Shown here: one piece after another, positions 35,050-35,112 of the stretch
Numbering within the stretch: the first letter of the stretch is position 1
Layout: each line of letters opens with the position of its first letter
From: a virus
Lineage: Duplodnaviria > Caudoviricetes
Length of the DNA: 35,112 nt
Strand: one strand, 5' to 3'
IMG/VR virus record: IMGVR_UViG_3300044608_000441
Coordinates: 1 to 35,112 of that record
Made by a program: the position numbers and the translations under genes
The notes under the pieces: model-generated
Told to the model about the DNA's origin: nothing
The model's input: only the letters and a program-made list of their open reading frames with translations
Databases searched by the model: none

Positions 35050-35112
35050 AGTGCTCCTTAATTAAGAAAGTTTTTAAATTATATTATTGAGTTTGTTTAT
35101 GAACTATCTTTT

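Noticed and set aside
1-35112. Alternative genetic code, reverse transcriptase/DGR, introns or inteins
   Set aside because: Standard code gives dense gene tiling; no RT motif, TR/VR pair, or intein/homing endonuclease signature seen; terminase and helicase are uninterrupted.

Overview
A large part of a tailed dsDNA phage genome with podovirus-like organisation. A WhiB gene, a split primase and a short DnaB-like helicase (both as in cluster A mycobacteriophages) point to an actinobacterial host. The AT-rich composition suggests a low-GC freshwater lineage (inference). Layout: (1) Leftward morphogenesis operon, 19223 down to <1: terminase, portal, proteasome-beta/HslV-like Ntn protease, putative internal virion proteins, scaffold, major capsid, six tiny Lys/Arg-rich proteins, glycosyltransferase, adaptor and a tail fibre running off the left edge. 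(2) Rightward early region, 19849-24872, of small genes (SprT-like protease, many CxxC microproteins, WhiB, lytic transglycosylase, FmdB-like Zn ribbon). (3) Leftward replication/regulation operon, 30714-24878: split Cas4/RecB-like nuclease, helicase, resolvase, split primase, Nmad1-like protein, nuclease, sigma factor. (4) Leftward tail/methyltransferase/lysis module, 35049-31026. No DNA polymerase, integrase or tRNA was recognised. The most striking unexplained signal is non-coding. A CTTAAGAC motif (often the palindrome GTCTTAAGAC) occurs 23 times by manual count, 22 of them within 19.6-27.6 kb. At early gene junctions it is built into composite elements: tRNA-like T-loop three-way junction + AAT-loop hairpin + motif + RBS. 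There is also a pseudoknotted leader on the scaffold gene. All calls come from reading motifs by eye; no searches were run.
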